A DNA stretch of 64,000 bases from Candidatus Woesebacteria bacterium (GCA_044223895.1 JBGALL010000002.1:704-64703); one strand, 5' to 3'; shown: positions 31,816 through 42,148, counted from the stretch's first letter. Notes: a model not told the origin generated them from the letters alone. Program-made: numbers and translations.

Positions 31816-32496
31816 TTATTTTTTTAATTGTTTATCATTGATTATCTTTCCATCTGATAAAGTAATTATTCTATCGGTAAGCTTGGCATAATCATCTTCA
31901 TGAGTCACCATAATAATAGTTTGACCATGGTTATTGAGATCGGAAAATACCGAAAGAATTTGTTGTGATGTTTCTGTATCAAGATTTGCTGTGGGTTCAT
32001 CTGCGAAGAGGATTTTCGGATCACCACTAATTGCTCGAGCAATACTGACTCGTTGTTGTTGTCCACCCGATAATTGATTTGGGAGATTTTCGATTCTATC
32101 TTGGAGACCAACTTTTTCTAATACTTCTATGGCTTTTTTGGCAGCTTGGTCTTGTGACATACCCAACATTAATAACGGTGTCATGACATTTTCTTTGGCA
32201 GTTAACGATGGTATCAGGGCATAGTCTTGAAAGATATATCCAAATTCCTTTAGTCGAAAATCCATACGTTCGTCTTCTGAGAAATCGTTTGTAGAAATTT
32301 GATTGACAAGTATCTCTCCTTCGGTTGGGGTATCTAACAGACTCATTTGATATAGTAAGGTGCTTTTACCAGAACCAGATTTTCCGACGATGGCAATAAA
32401 TTCCCCAGTTTTGGTTTCAAAATTTAACTGCTTAAGAACTTTTACTTCCGTACTGCCACTTTTATATGTTTTTGATAAATTTTTGACTTGAATCAT
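31816..32496 (-). CDS. ABC transporter ATP-binding protein (MacB/LolD/FtsE-type)
   Basis: Walker A GKSGSGKST, signature LSGGQQQRVSIARA, Walker B ILFADEPT. Confidence 0.85.
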   Translation of the reverse strand: MIQVKNLSKTYKSGSTEVKVLKQLNFETKTGEFIAIVGKSGSGKSTLLYQMSLLDTPTEGEILVNQISTNDFSEDERMDFRLKEFGYIFQDYALIPSLTAKENVMTPLLMLGMSQDQAAKKAIEVLEKVGLQDRIENLPNQLSGGQQQRVSIARAISGDPKILFADEPTANLDTETSQQILSVFSDLNNHGQTIIMVTHEDDYAKLTDRIITLSDGKIINDKQLKK

Positions 32497-32500
32497 AGAA

Positions 32501-33769
32501 TTATCTCCCTAGTATTGCATCTAAGGTTCGTTGTTTCACCACAATTCGAGCTGGAATATAGCCGGCTATAATAGTTGCTACGAATAAAATGAATATTCGT
32601 AAGAGGACTCCGGGTAAATCAGCGACAAATATTCCTTCAGAAAACGGGAAATCAATAGGATGATTGGCAAAATAGGGAACCATGAGTCCATATACGATTA
32701 CCATTCCGAAAATTGTTCCACCTGAAGCATAAAATAATGATTGAAATACATACGAGGTTTCTATTGCTAAAGCATTAATACCAATCCCTTTGAGAATGCC
32801 TATATATTTTCTTCGGGTAATCGCATTGACAAAAATAACGATAAAAATCGTAATCGAAGCCACTACTAAACCAATACCTCCAATAACGTTTCCTAATAGT
32901 GCAAAGGTTGCCGATATGTCACGAATAAACTGTGGTTGGGCTTCTTGCCATGTTTGAACTTTGGCTAAATTGTCTATCTGATTTCCTAAGAAAATAGATT
33001 TTATTGCTAAATCAGATTCGTCATTTTTTGACTTTATGGCTATTTCATTGACATTGAAATCATCACGTCCAATTATCGGACGAAGCTCGCGGTCAAGCAT
33101 AAATATACGGCTATCTATCCCCTGAACTTTTCCTTTGACTACTCCAACAATAGTAACTTCTTTGACGATGTCGTTTATTGTTATGCGAACAACCGAACCG
33201 ACATCGGCATTTTTGAGAGCCAATGTCCCTGTACCCGCTGCTGATTGATATTTCTGTAATAAGGAAACACCAACAAGTATTTGATCTTTCTTACTGGAAT
33301 CCAGATACGAACCTTTGATAACTAACTGGGATAATCCAGTAACTTTATCTTCTTTTTCGGGATTTATCCCGGCAACCACTCCTGTGGCGCGGTCGGTTTC
33401 TTCGTCTCTGCGTGTTTGGGTTTTATAATCGGCTTCGAGTTTTGCAGGAGCTGTATATCGAGGGCTAACAGACTGAATCATCCCTATTTGTTCGCTCAAA
33501 CCGATGGCTAAATGGCTATCCTCTATATAGGATTTTTTGTCGAGAACTGATAAAAAAATATTCCCGGTATAGCGTTCTCTGTAAGAACGAACAGAACCTT
33601 CCGTTAAGCCTACCAAAATCCCACGAATAACAATAAGGTTTAAGAAGGTCAACATCATGACGAAGGTAATAAGAATAGTCGTCCATTTATTGGCACGATT
33701 AATATCCCGAACTGCCAAAAAATATCCAACTTTTATGGATACGATTATTTGCAGCAGATTTTTTTTCAT
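32501..33769 (-). CDS. ABC transporter permease, FtsX/MacB-like (N-terminal TM, large extracytoplasmic domain, C-terminal 3 TM)
   Basis: topology and adjacency to ATPase; 422 aa. Confidence 0.7.
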   Translation of the reverse strand: MKKNLLQIIVSIKVGYFLAVRDINRANKWTTILITFVMMLTFLNLIVIRGILVGLTEGSVRSYRERYTGNIFLSVLDKKSYIEDSHLAIGLSEQIGMIQSVSPRYTAPAKLEADYKTQTRRDEETDRATGVVAGINPEKEDKVTGLSQLVIKGSYLDSSKKDQILVGVSLLQKYQSAAGTGTLALKNADVGSVVRITINDIVKEVTIVGVVKGKVQGIDSRIFMLDRELRPIIGRDDFNVNEIAIKSKNDESDLAIKSIFLGNQIDNLAKVQTWQEAQPQFIRDISATFALLGNVIGGIGLVVASITIFIVIFVNAITRRKYIGILKGIGINALAIETSYVFQSLFYASGGTIFGMVIVYGLMVPYFANHPIDFPFSEGIFVADLPGVLLRIFILFVATIIAGYIPARIVVKQRTLDAILGR

Positions 33770-33790
33770 GGTGCTCTTTTGCGGCAGGTT

Positions 33791-34999
33791 TTATTTAGAT
33801 TTGGGAATAACGATGATATCCCCTTCGGTTAATCCAGATATGATTTCTGTAGTGGTTTCGTTTTTTATTCCAGTTTTTACTGTCTCTGAATTCGATTTTC
33901 CGTTTTTCTTTAGGATTACTTGATTTTCTCCATTTGCTTTGGTCAGCGCGCTATTGGGAATACTTAGGACATTTTTTTTCGTTTCGGTTTCTATGGTTAC
34001 CGTAGCGGTCATAGTGGTTTTAATACGTTCATCTGGTTCTATAAGGGTTACGTAGGCTTTGTAGGTAACTACAGCATTAGAATTTTCCCCAACATCATCT
34101 ATCCGTGATACTTTGGCATCGAATGATTTATCGGGAATGGAATCAAAAATAACCATCGCTTTCTGCCCTGTTTTCACTTTGGTGATATCGATTTCATTCA
34201 GTTTTATCAAGACCGTAATTTCATTACTAGAAGAAATACGAAGCACCGGAATGTTGGTGGTACTTGATAAGGCGGTTGTGTCTCGGGCGTTGACCATATC
34301 TCCCAAGGCTACAGAAAGGTTCATGATCGTACCGGATATAGGGGCTTTTATAACACTATTCTGAGTAGCTTGAAGAGCAAGTAAATTCGCAGTTACTGAA
34401 GATTGCGCTGCCGTTATGGCTGTATCAGAATCTAAAAATTTTCTTTCTAAATATTCGAATGATTTTCGGCTACTGGTTAGTGTGGAAGTAATACTGTCGA
34501 TTTCATCTTGAGTATAGGGTTTTCCGGTGAGTGGATTATTCCTACCGGTATTCCTTCTATCGGTCATTTCAGTGAAGGCTACGGAGGCATCGATTACTGT
34601 TTTTCTTCCTGCTTCTAGTATTGACTGGTTGTTTGTTTTTGTTTGCTTAGCAGTATTTAGGTTGGCTAGTGCACTTTGATAGTCAGCAAGTGCTTGAGCT
34701 TTTTCGATTTCAGACGCTGAGCTTTTAATCTTTAGCAATTCTTGTCCTTCGCTTACCACTGAACCGTTTTTTACTAAAACTTCTTCGACTATGCCCGTAC
34801 TGGAAGAATATACCGGAGCATTCCCTAAATCATTGGCATTGCCACTGATAATTATATGTTCAGATATATCGCTGCGTTTCATTTGATAATCTATACTTGT
34901 TTGTGAAGGAGTTGTTCTGGTTTTAAAAAATATTCCCAATCCAACCAGTACCACGATTATGAGAACTATTTTTTTGTTGAAAATTTTGGAGAAATTCAT
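33791..34999 (-). CDS. HlyD-family periplasmic adaptor / membrane fusion protein
   Basis: N-terminal TM anchor, coiled-coil segments, beta-barrel C-terminus; operon with ABC genes. Confidence 0.65.
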   Translation of the reverse strand: MNFSKIFNKKIVLIIVVLVGLGIFFKTRTTPSQTSIDYQMKRSDISEHIIISGNANDLGNAPVYSSSTGIVEEVLVKNGSVVSEGQELLKIKSSASEIEKAQALADYQSALANLNTAKQTKTNNQSILEAGRKTVIDASVAFTEMTDRRNTGRNNPLTGKPYTQDEIDSITSTLTSSRKSFEYLERKFLDSDTAITAAQSSVTANLLALQATQNSVIKAPISGTIMNLSVALGDMVNARDTTALSSTTNIPVLRISSSNEITVLIKLNEIDITKVKTGQKAMVIFDSIPDKSFDAKVSRIDDVGENSNAVVTYKAYVTLIEPDERIKTTMTATVTIETETKKNVLSIPNSALTKANGENQVILKKNGKSNSETVKTGIKNETTTEIISGLTEGDIIVIPKSK

Positions 35000-35289
35000 G
35001 AAAAAAGGATTTAATACTATCTCTACTCTAACACTTTTAGACTCGAGCTCCTATAGATGTGTAAACAGTATGTATGAAGAAAGAATATCTAATCATATTA
35101 TTTCCCGCGAAGCCGATTATCACAATGATACGTAAAATAGTACTAAATAAATTTTACTTTGGTGAGAGTCTCGATGTAAAACCTGATTCTTGCTCTTGCC
35201 CAGCTTGCGATGAAAAAAGGAATAACACGTATTGATACCTTATTGGTTTGAATTTCGTTTGGTGAAAGAGACCAATATAAATAATGTTT

Positions 35290-36117
35290 TCAAAATCTCT
35301 GAAGTCTTTGTAAATAAGGAAGTGTATCAATAAATGACAGTGTTCCTTGTAAGATTAAAGGATTCACTCCTTGCTCTGTTGCTAAAAGAATATAATCTCT
35401 TTGAGAATGTTCTATAAAAGGATTTTTGTTGACATTATTTCTATATCTGGAGATGGAATCAAACTTTTGTTGAATTGCCATGGTCCATAAAAATAAAACA
35501 TACTGCTTCTTAGATGGAAGATCTTTATTCTCCAGTCCATTTATAAAATCCTTGTACAAATCATATGCATCATGTAAATCATGAATAGGTATAAAACTTG
35601 ATGGATCATTCTCTCCCCCATGTAAGCGTGTTCCTACTGATACGACCATCCGTACCCATACAGCATTAATTAATTCTCTATATTTACAGTTTTCAATACA
35701 CATATCATCAGCTGGTAATCCTCTTGCATTTTTTTCAATTACTATCGCCTGAGAATAAAAACCTAGTATACTTTTTATTAATGATTTGTCGTTCGCGTAA
35801 TGCTTTTTTAACAATTCTGGATAGAGAGTATTAAAATTTCTAAGAGCGTTTGAGTTAACTAAGTCTGCGGAATCAACGTAATGATCTATTTGATGGCCTA
35901 ATGTAATGATGTGCTGTAAATCGCCGCGTTGTGCAGAAAATTCTGGATAAATTAACAAAGTTCCAGCAAGACCAAGTTTGTCCGTCAAATTTGTTCCTCT
36001 CACCGATTCCGGCAGAGAAGCAGTTGCATGGTATATACCAGAAAGCGTTGGATACTCGCTTCTACGGTTACTCAAAAACAGTGAACCATGTTTTTTTAGT
36101 GATTCTTTCGTTGCCAT
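35290..36117 (-). CDS. hypothetical protein (alpha-helical; weak isoprenoid-synthase-fold resemblance)
   Basis: 275-aa ORF; DHYVD and later Asp-rich segments only loosely resemble DxxxD motifs. Confidence 0.4.
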   Translation of the reverse strand: MATKESLKKHGSLFLSNRRSEYPTLSGIYHATASLPESVRGTNLTDKLGLAGTLLIYPEFSAQRGDLQHIITLGHQIDHYVDSADLVNSNALRNFNTLYPELLKKHYANDKSLIKSILGFYSQAIVIEKNARGLPADDMCIENCKYRELINAVWVRMVVSVGTRLHGGENDPSSFIPIHDLHDAYDLYKDFINGLENKDLPSKKQYVLFLWTMAIQQKFDSISRYRNNVNKNPFIEHSQRDYILLATEQGVNPLILQGTLSFIDTLPYLQRLQRF

Positions 36118-36282
36118 GGGATAAATTATACTACAATTAGATTGTTGTGACAGTCTATTAATCGATTATTTTACACTTTATTATTCTTGATGAGGTTCGA
36201 GTCTTTATTAGATCAATAACAGTATGATTGTTACCAGTTTCTAAAATGTTGTGTTGGCTGATGCATTGTCCTCTGAACTTTT

Positions 36283-36324
36283 CTCGATTTTTATAACTAT
36301 TTGAGGTAAATATGCGAACATACA
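36283..36324 (+). repeat. copy A of conserved ~42-nt intergenic motif (CTCGATTTTTATAACTATTTGAGGTAAATATGCGAACA)
   Basis: ~85% identical to copy at 42198..42239, same orientation. Confidence 0.5.
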
Positions 36325-36393
36325 AATGTACAACAAACAGACAACGTGAGATGTAAATTATTTGGTTAATAATTATCCATATCTGTTCGCTGA

Positions 36394-38235
36394 TTAGGGG
36401 CCATAATTATTTAACCATACAATATAATCCTTTCCGTCAACTTTCATATCTTCATTAAAATCTCCATCCGCGTAACCACTTGGATTAGTAATTCCATAAT
36501 GAATTACCCAGATAATATAGTCTTTTCCGTCAACCATACCATCATTATTTGCATCCCCATCCTTTTGAGTAGGTATATTCGTTGGCAAAGAGGTGCTTGT
36601 TGGAGAAATCGAATATTGTCCGCTATGAGTTAAAACAAATATATCCCCTCTAGGGCCAGTCGTAATTATTTTTCCATTACTTACAAACGTATAACGATTT
36701 ATTGATCCCTCTTCCGCTCCCAAAGACTCAGTTGCTCCCTGTTGAATCTCAGGATTTAGTATCATTTCTTTATTAAGATTTCCCTGATATATCCAAAATC
36801 CATCTCCATAATAGCGATCATAAACAGTTAATCCTGTATTATAGTGTGTCTGTTTGTTGGGATTTTGAGGTTGTCCATTTAAGACAGCCCAATGTCTAAC
36901 AATTTCTGGATTTCGAATTGTTGCTATGGGATTATTCATTGTATCCCCTTTTGAGTTACTCCTATCGGTTATTCTATGAGACTCTACGTTATTTGACTGG
37001 TGATGAAATATGGTATTTCCAGCCATACTAATTGGATGTATTTCGTCTGCAATCATATTAGGATCGATTTGACCTTTAAATTGTATAAACCTAAAATCTC
37101 CAGCCTTGTAACCACTTATTGATGTGTCATCCAATACCATTTCTCCCATGAATGCATCCCACCGTGAATCATATTGTGACTGACTATTTCTCCATGGCAT
37201 ATATGCAAATTGTTTACCACTTATCGTTTTTATTACAGGCGCTGCGGATATTGCATGGAATAATTGACCTGTATTCCCATTGCAGATGGGGCGATTGTCT
37301 GATCCATCTGGTTGAACATTAGGAAGGAATTTTTTATTTCCATTGTAAATGTCTAATGCAAAAAGGGTCTGCTTATCCGGATTTGATGTAAGGTAGTTTC
37401 GAATTTCAGTATTCGTATTTCCTCCATCATCAAAAGGATGGGGATTTCGCATTCGGATGAATAATACTCCTGGAATATCAGCTACAACTGGCCAACGATA
37501 GTCATAGTTATAGAGTCCACAGTATTCCGTTGCGCTTCGAACAGTTGGTTTTGATTTCCAAACTAGCTGACCTGTAGATGAAATAGCATGGACATTGAGA
37601 TCATCCGTACCGAAAAATATCCTATTTGTAGATGGTGAGAAAGATGCTGGAGTTGTTATTTCCGAACCTGCAGAATAGGTCCAGTCTTTTGTCATTGTAG
37701 AAGTATTTATTTTATGTACATTGCCCTGGATCGTTACAGCGAATACATATCCTGGTATAAGTAAAAGTGGTTTTACAATTGTATTACTTGTTGAAAAGAT
37801 CCCTACTATTGCACCAGTCTGTCCATTTAACTTTACTACTTTTCCATCTAGTGTACTCGTAAATACCGATCCTGTTGATTGGTCAAATGCAGGCGTACCT
37901 TCAACATCTCCTCCCATATAATGCCAAACCTGTTGACCTGATTGGAGATTTAGTGCGTATAGTCCGTTTATCCCTGCTGGTGCATAGAGATAGTTGCCTC
38001 CAGTAATGACATGAGCGTCTCTCAGCGGTGCATCATAAAAATTTGCGGTTGTATTTCCATTTGAGTCAGGTCCATTCCAGCTCCAGGCATAACTCCACGG
38101 AAGTGCTGGATCTTCTGTAGTAAATCCCGTCCGTTGGCTATCATGGGCTTCCTGTGTCCAATCATCTGCAAAGACATAGCCGGGTGAAATAAATAGATAT
38201 AGTGCTAGCAGAATGAGATAAATTTTATCCATCAT
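36394..38235 (-). CDS. secreted PQQ-repeat beta-propeller protein with C-terminal type-I dockerin module
   Basis: signal peptide; repeated WxxxxG.. PQQ-like blades; C-terminus GDANNDGMVDGKDYIIWVIHYG / DGDFNEDMKVDGKDYIVWLNNYG. Confidence 0.7.
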   Translation of the reverse strand: MMDKIYLILLALYLFISPGYVFADDWTQEAHDSQRTGFTTEDPALPWSYAWSWNGPDSNGNTTANFYDAPLRDAHVITGGNYLYAPAGINGLYALNLQSGQQVWHYMGGDVEGTPAFDQSTGSVFTSTLDGKVVKLNGQTGAIVGIFSTSNTIVKPLLLIPGYVFAVTIQGNVHKINTSTMTKDWTYSAGSEITTPASFSPSTNRIFFGTDDLNVHAISSTGQLVWKSKPTVRSATEYCGLYNYDYRWPVVADIPGVLFIRMRNPHPFDDGGNTNTEIRNYLTSNPDKQTLFALDIYNGNKKFLPNVQPDGSDNRPICNGNTGQLFHAISAAPVIKTISGKQFAYMPWRNSQSQYDSRWDAFMGEMVLDDTSISGYKAGDFRFIQFKGQIDPNMIADEIHPISMAGNTIFHHQSNNVESHRITDRSNSKGDTMNNPIATIRNPEIVRHWAVLNGQPQNPNKQTHYNTGLTVYDRYYGDGFWIYQGNLNKEMILNPEIQQGATESLGAEEGSINRYTFVSNGKIITTGPRGDIFVLTHSGQYSISPTSTSLPTNIPTQKDGDANNDGMVDGKDYIIWVIHYGITNPSGYADGDFNEDMKVDGKDYIVWLNNYGP

Positions 38236-38284
38236 TTTATTCTTACTTTAAGATATACAGTTTCCTCGCATATAATCAATATGC

Positions 38285-39754
38285 ATGAGTAACTATAGAA
38301 AAATTCCACTAAGGTTAACACTTATTTTTATCCTTTTATTAATGTGTTTTAGTGGTAGAGTCAGTGCAGTATCATATTATGTTGATGATGTAGGTGGATC
38401 TGATGTTAATATAGGCACGTCCATTAATTTTCCTATCAAATCAATAAGTAAGGTAAATTCTTTAGCTATTTCTCCGGGAGATGTGGTGTCTTTTAAACGA
38501 GGTGGTTCTTGGAGTGGTACTATTGATACAGCCAGATCCGGTACCGATGGTAACCCTATTGTGTATACCGCATATGGAAATGGTTCTGCTCCTGTTTTAA
38601 CTAACCCATGTTCCGGTTGTTATAGTAATGTGTTTGTAATACGAGGTAGTTGGATTGTGATTAAGGATCTGTACCTTAAGGATACCCATCACGCTGCAAT
38701 TATCTTGCGGGCTGGTTCCTCAAATGTGACAATCTCAGATAATGAGATTTCAAATACTGGAATAGGCATTTTCCTCCAAACTTCAAATCATACCGTTTCC
38801 AGGAACACTATTCATGACTTGCAAATGGTTGTTAACAACACCAGTAACCCGGATGATGATTACGGTGCAAATGGAATTTGGTTAGAACATTCGGATAATA
38901 ATGAAATTTCTTATAATACTTGCAAAAATTGTAGGGCGCCAAGTTTTGATTATGGATTTGATGGAGGCTTTGTTGAATTTTGGACTGGGAATAATAATAA
39001 CAACATTCATCACAATTGGGTTGAAAATACAAATGGGTTTATTGAGATTGGAGGAAATGATCCAGGGGGTACAGTATCAAACAATACTATTTCCTATAAC
39101 GTTCTCTATAATAATTTGGGCTTTGGATGTCTTCACACAGATGGTAATTTTAGAGCTTCAGTTGATAACTTAATAATTGAGCATAATACAATTGTGAATC
39201 TAAATGTTGATGGCTATCGAATGCTAGATTGTATGGCACCTACCCCAAGTATGATTACGTTTAGAAACAATATTGTCGTTTCTCCTATTCAAATAGCGAA
39301 TAGTGGGAACTTTACCCGATCAAATAATCTCTATTACATGCTTAATGGTGCTTCAATAGGTTATTCCCTGAATTCTGGAGAAAAGATTGGAAATCCACTT
39401 TTTGTGAATATTGATAACAAAGATTTTCGATTACAATCATCCAGTCCAGCAAGAGATTCTGGAATAAATTTAGGATACACCACTGATTTTGTTTCAAATC
39501 GTGTTCCATCCGGCGTTTCTCCAGATATCGGTGCGTATGAATTCGGATATTCAACAGTCATCTCACCAACTAATACCTCAAATAAACCAGGAGATGCTAA
39601 TTCAGATAATAAAGTAAATGGTCAAGACTATATTTTCTGGCTAAATCATTATGGAATAACTAACGCTATTGGATTTACAGATGGAGATTTTAATGGAGAC
39701 AATAATGTAAATGGAAAAGATTATATTGTTTGGTTGAATAATTATGAAAACTAG
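38285..39754 (+). CDS. secreted right-handed parallel beta-helix (pectate-lyase fold) protein with C-terminal type-I dockerin module
   Basis: signal peptide; periodic N/G-rich PbH1-like repeats (NNNNIHHNWVENTNG); C-terminus GDANSDNKVNGQDYIFWLNHYG / DGDFNGDNNVNGKDYIVWLNNY. Confidence 0.7.
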   Translation: MSNYRKIPLRLTLIFILLLMCFSGRVSAVSYYVDDVGGSDVNIGTSINFPIKSISKVNSLAISPGDVVSFKRGGSWSGTIDTARSGTDGNPIVYTAYGNGSAPVLTNPCSGCYSNVFVIRGSWIVIKDLYLKDTHHAAIILRAGSSNVTISDNEISNTGIGIFLQTSNHTVSRNTIHDLQMVVNNTSNPDDDYGANGIWLEHSDNNEISYNTCKNCRAPSFDYGFDGGFVEFWTGNNNNNIHHNWVENTNGFIEIGGNDPGGTVSNNTISYNVLYNNLGFGCLHTDGNFRASVDNLIIEHNTIVNLNVDGYRMLDCMAPTPSMITFRNNIVVSPIQIANSGNFTRSNNLYYMLNGASIGYSLNSGEKIGNPLFVNIDNKDFRLQSSSPARDSGINLGYTTDFVSNRVPSGVSPDIGAYEFGYSTVISPTNTSNKPGDANSDNKVNGQDYIFWLNHYGITNAIGFTDGDFNGDNNVNGKDYIVWLNNYEN

Positions 39755-39796
39755 AATTAGTTGCAAACTACCGACTTTACTATCTAAGCTTTATTC

Positions 39797-42148
39797 ATGA
39801 ATTTTATGAAGAAATATAATCTTTTTTTAGTTCTGATGATTTCCTTCTTTATTACTAGGCACCCCATTAAAATATTTGCGTTTTATACCAATATGCCTGC
39901 TTCGTTTGTGATAGGGCAAACTTCACTCAATCAAGGGAATGCAAATCAGGGAGGGAGTGCGTCGGGTAACACTGTTGCCAACCCATACAATGTGTTTTGT
40001 GCAGATTCAAAAATATTTATTGCAGACTATAGCAATAGTCGTGTTCTCATTTACAATCATATCCCAGAATCCAACAACGTTTCTGCCGATGTGGTCGTAG
40101 GTCAACAGAACATGACTACAAACTCTGTGAACCAAGGAGGTTCCGCAGCAGCTAATACTTTGCAAGGAGTAGACATGGCAATATCTGATGGAAACAAGAT
40201 GTATATTGCTGATCCGCAAAATCACAGAGTATTAATTTATAATTCCATTCCTGAGACAAATAACGCATCAGCAGATGTTGTTGTGGGGCAAACTACCTTT
40301 TCTGGTGCTTCTATTGATCAGGGCGGGTCCGCAAGTGCCAATACACTCCATTTTCCACAGGGGGTTTGGGTTGATAATAATAAATTATTCATTGCAGACG
40401 CTTTTAATCATCGTGTCTTAATCTATAACTCAATTCCAACAAGTAACAATGCGTCTGCTGATGTTGTTATCGGTCAAGCAGATATGACTAGTGAAAGTGC
40501 TAATCAAGGAGGTTCTGCTGATGCAAATACATTGAATTTTCCTACTAATGTTATTGTTTACAATGGTAAGCTTATTATATCTGATACTTCCAATAACAGA
40601 GTACTGATATACAACTCAATTCCAACAACAAATAATGCCCCAGCAGATATTGTCGTAGGGCAACAATCGTTTACACAAACAAGTGCTAATCAAGGCGGTA
40701 GTGTGGCATTAAATACGTTAGTAGGTCCAAGGCATGCATGGATTGGAGATGGACGGTTATTTATTCCTGAAGAATCAGGAAGTGGCAGTAATCGGGTATT
40801 AGTTTATAACTCTATACCGAATCAGAATAATGCTCCAGCCGATATCATTATTGGACAAAGCAATGGAACATCGAGTGCTGCCAATCAAGGTAATAGTAGT
40901 CCATTAGCGAATACTCTTCGGCGTCCGGCCGGTGGAACATTTTGTAATAACACCTTATTTATTGCGGATAGAATTAATTCTAGAATTTTATTGTATAAAA
41001 ATGTTTTTAATGGTGTAACTATATACTCAGGATTTGAGTCCGGTATGGATTCAACTATGAGGATGAGGGGTTATAGCATAGCTCCTGATCCTCTAGGACT
41101 CCAAAGAGTCGAATATTCTATTAATGGGAGTTCCTGGAACGGCTCAAATCCAGCTGATGGAGTTTTTGATCAACAAGGAGAGAACTTTTATATTGATTTT
41201 AATCCGAATGTTAATCGACCTAGCGGCGCAGAGGGTTTCACCATTCGTGTCAGACAAACACACGGAAACGACATAGATCTGGGGATTAGTGCTCTCTATT
41301 TTGAACCATTTAGATTGCTGGCACCTCAAAACCAATCGTCTTCTAAATCATTACCTACTTTTTCATTTATGATCAATTCATTTCGATATGAAGACATAAA
41401 ACAGGGTGTGTCTTCGTTCCGTATTATGCTGAAAAAGTCAGAGAATAATTTCGAACAGTATATCGAAAACATACCTGTTGACTATGAGCAGGTTAGGTAT
41501 TCTGGAGATAATTTACAAAAAAGTGAAATACGCTCAAAAGATGGTATATATGAAGATAAATATAAAACAGTAACGTATTCAGGAAACAACTCTGTTTATA
41601 CCATTATTCCAAAAGCTATAAATTCTTTAGGACAATATTCTGATAAATACAGGGAGGACGGAGGTAAGATTTTGTCTGACGGGACATATGAATGGAAAGT
41701 GCAAGCGCTCCTGAATTCTGGAGCGATTCAGGAAACTGAGACAAGAAAATTCTATGTTGGTACGAAACGGCCTGTATTTATAAACGGTCAATACTTTCCT
41801 TTAACTATATTATCTATTACTGGACTAGGAAATAAGATACTAAGCACTGATTATCCTGAAGGGATTCAATCATCCTATACTACTTGGACGACAACGCCAA
41901 TATTCTATGGTTTAGCCTGGGTCGGTAGTACGGTGTCTTTGCGATTTACAGAACAACAATGTGTTTCCAATTGTGAATCATTCTTTACTACAATTGTAAA
42001 TAATCAATCACGTTTTGGAATTCGTATACCGCCAAAGTTTTTAAAACCTTCGAAAAAATACAAGGTAGAGCTTTCAGTTGTGTATAATGACCTAAATAAT
42101 TCTCTGCCAGATTTTTTATTACATATACTTCCGAATAAGATTCAGTGA
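39797..42148 (+). CDS. secreted NHL-repeat six-bladed beta-propeller protein with C-terminal Ig/Fn-like beta domains
   Basis: signal peptide; six tandem ~49-aa repeats NHRVLIYNSIPxxNNxxADVVVGQ. Confidence 0.7.
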   Translation: MNFMKKYNLFLVLMISFFITRHPIKIFAFYTNMPASFVIGQTSLNQGNANQGGSASGNTVANPYNVFCADSKIFIADYSNSRVLIYNHIPESNNVSADVVVGQQNMTTNSVNQGGSAAANTLQGVDMAISDGNKMYIADPQNHRVLIYNSIPETNNASADVVVGQTTFSGASIDQGGSASANTLHFPQGVWVDNNKLFIADAFNHRVLIYNSIPTSNNASADVVIGQADMTSESANQGGSADANTLNFPTNVIVYNGKLIISDTSNNRVLIYNSIPTTNNAPADIVVGQQSFTQTSANQGGSVALNTLVGPRHAWIGDGRLFIPEESGSGSNRVLVYNSIPNQNNAPADIIIGQSNGTSSAANQGNSSPLANTLRRPAGGTFCNNTLFIADRINSRILLYKNVFNGVTIYSGFESGMDSTMRMRGYSIAPDPLGLQRVEYSINGSSWNGSNPADGVFDQQGENFYIDFNPNVNRPSGAEGFTIRVRQTHGNDIDLGISALYFEPFRLLAPQNQSSSKSLPTFSFMINSFRYEDIKQGVSSFRIMLKKSENNFEQYIENIPVDYEQVRYSGDNLQKSEIRSKDGIYEDKYKTVTYSGNNSVYTIIPKAINSLGQYSDKYREDGGKILSDGTYEWKVQALLNSGAIQETETRKFYVGTKRPVFINGQYFPLTILSITGLGNKILSTDYPEGIQSSYTTWTTTPIFYGLAWVGSTVSLRFTEQQCVSNCESFFTTIVNNQSRFGIRIPPKFLKPSKKYKVELSVVYNDLNNSLPDFLLHILPNKIQ
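39905..41010 (+). repeat. intragenic tandem repeat, period ~147 nt x6 (encodes NHL blades)
   Basis: repeated nucleotide/aa units read directly. Confidence 0.5.

Noticed and set aside
39905-41010. Possible CRISPR array suggested by regularly spaced repeats
   Set aside because: The period is ~147 nt and lies inside a protein-coding gene (NHL blades). There is no short direct repeat/spacer architecture and there are no cas genes.
6836-42148. Cohesin or scaffoldin partner for the dockerin proteins among large secreted ORFs (20635..21627, 39797..42148)
   Set aside because: These carry CARDB/Ig-like and NHL propeller repeats, not the ~140-aa cohesin beta-sandwich pattern. No cohesin could be supported from sequence in this window.
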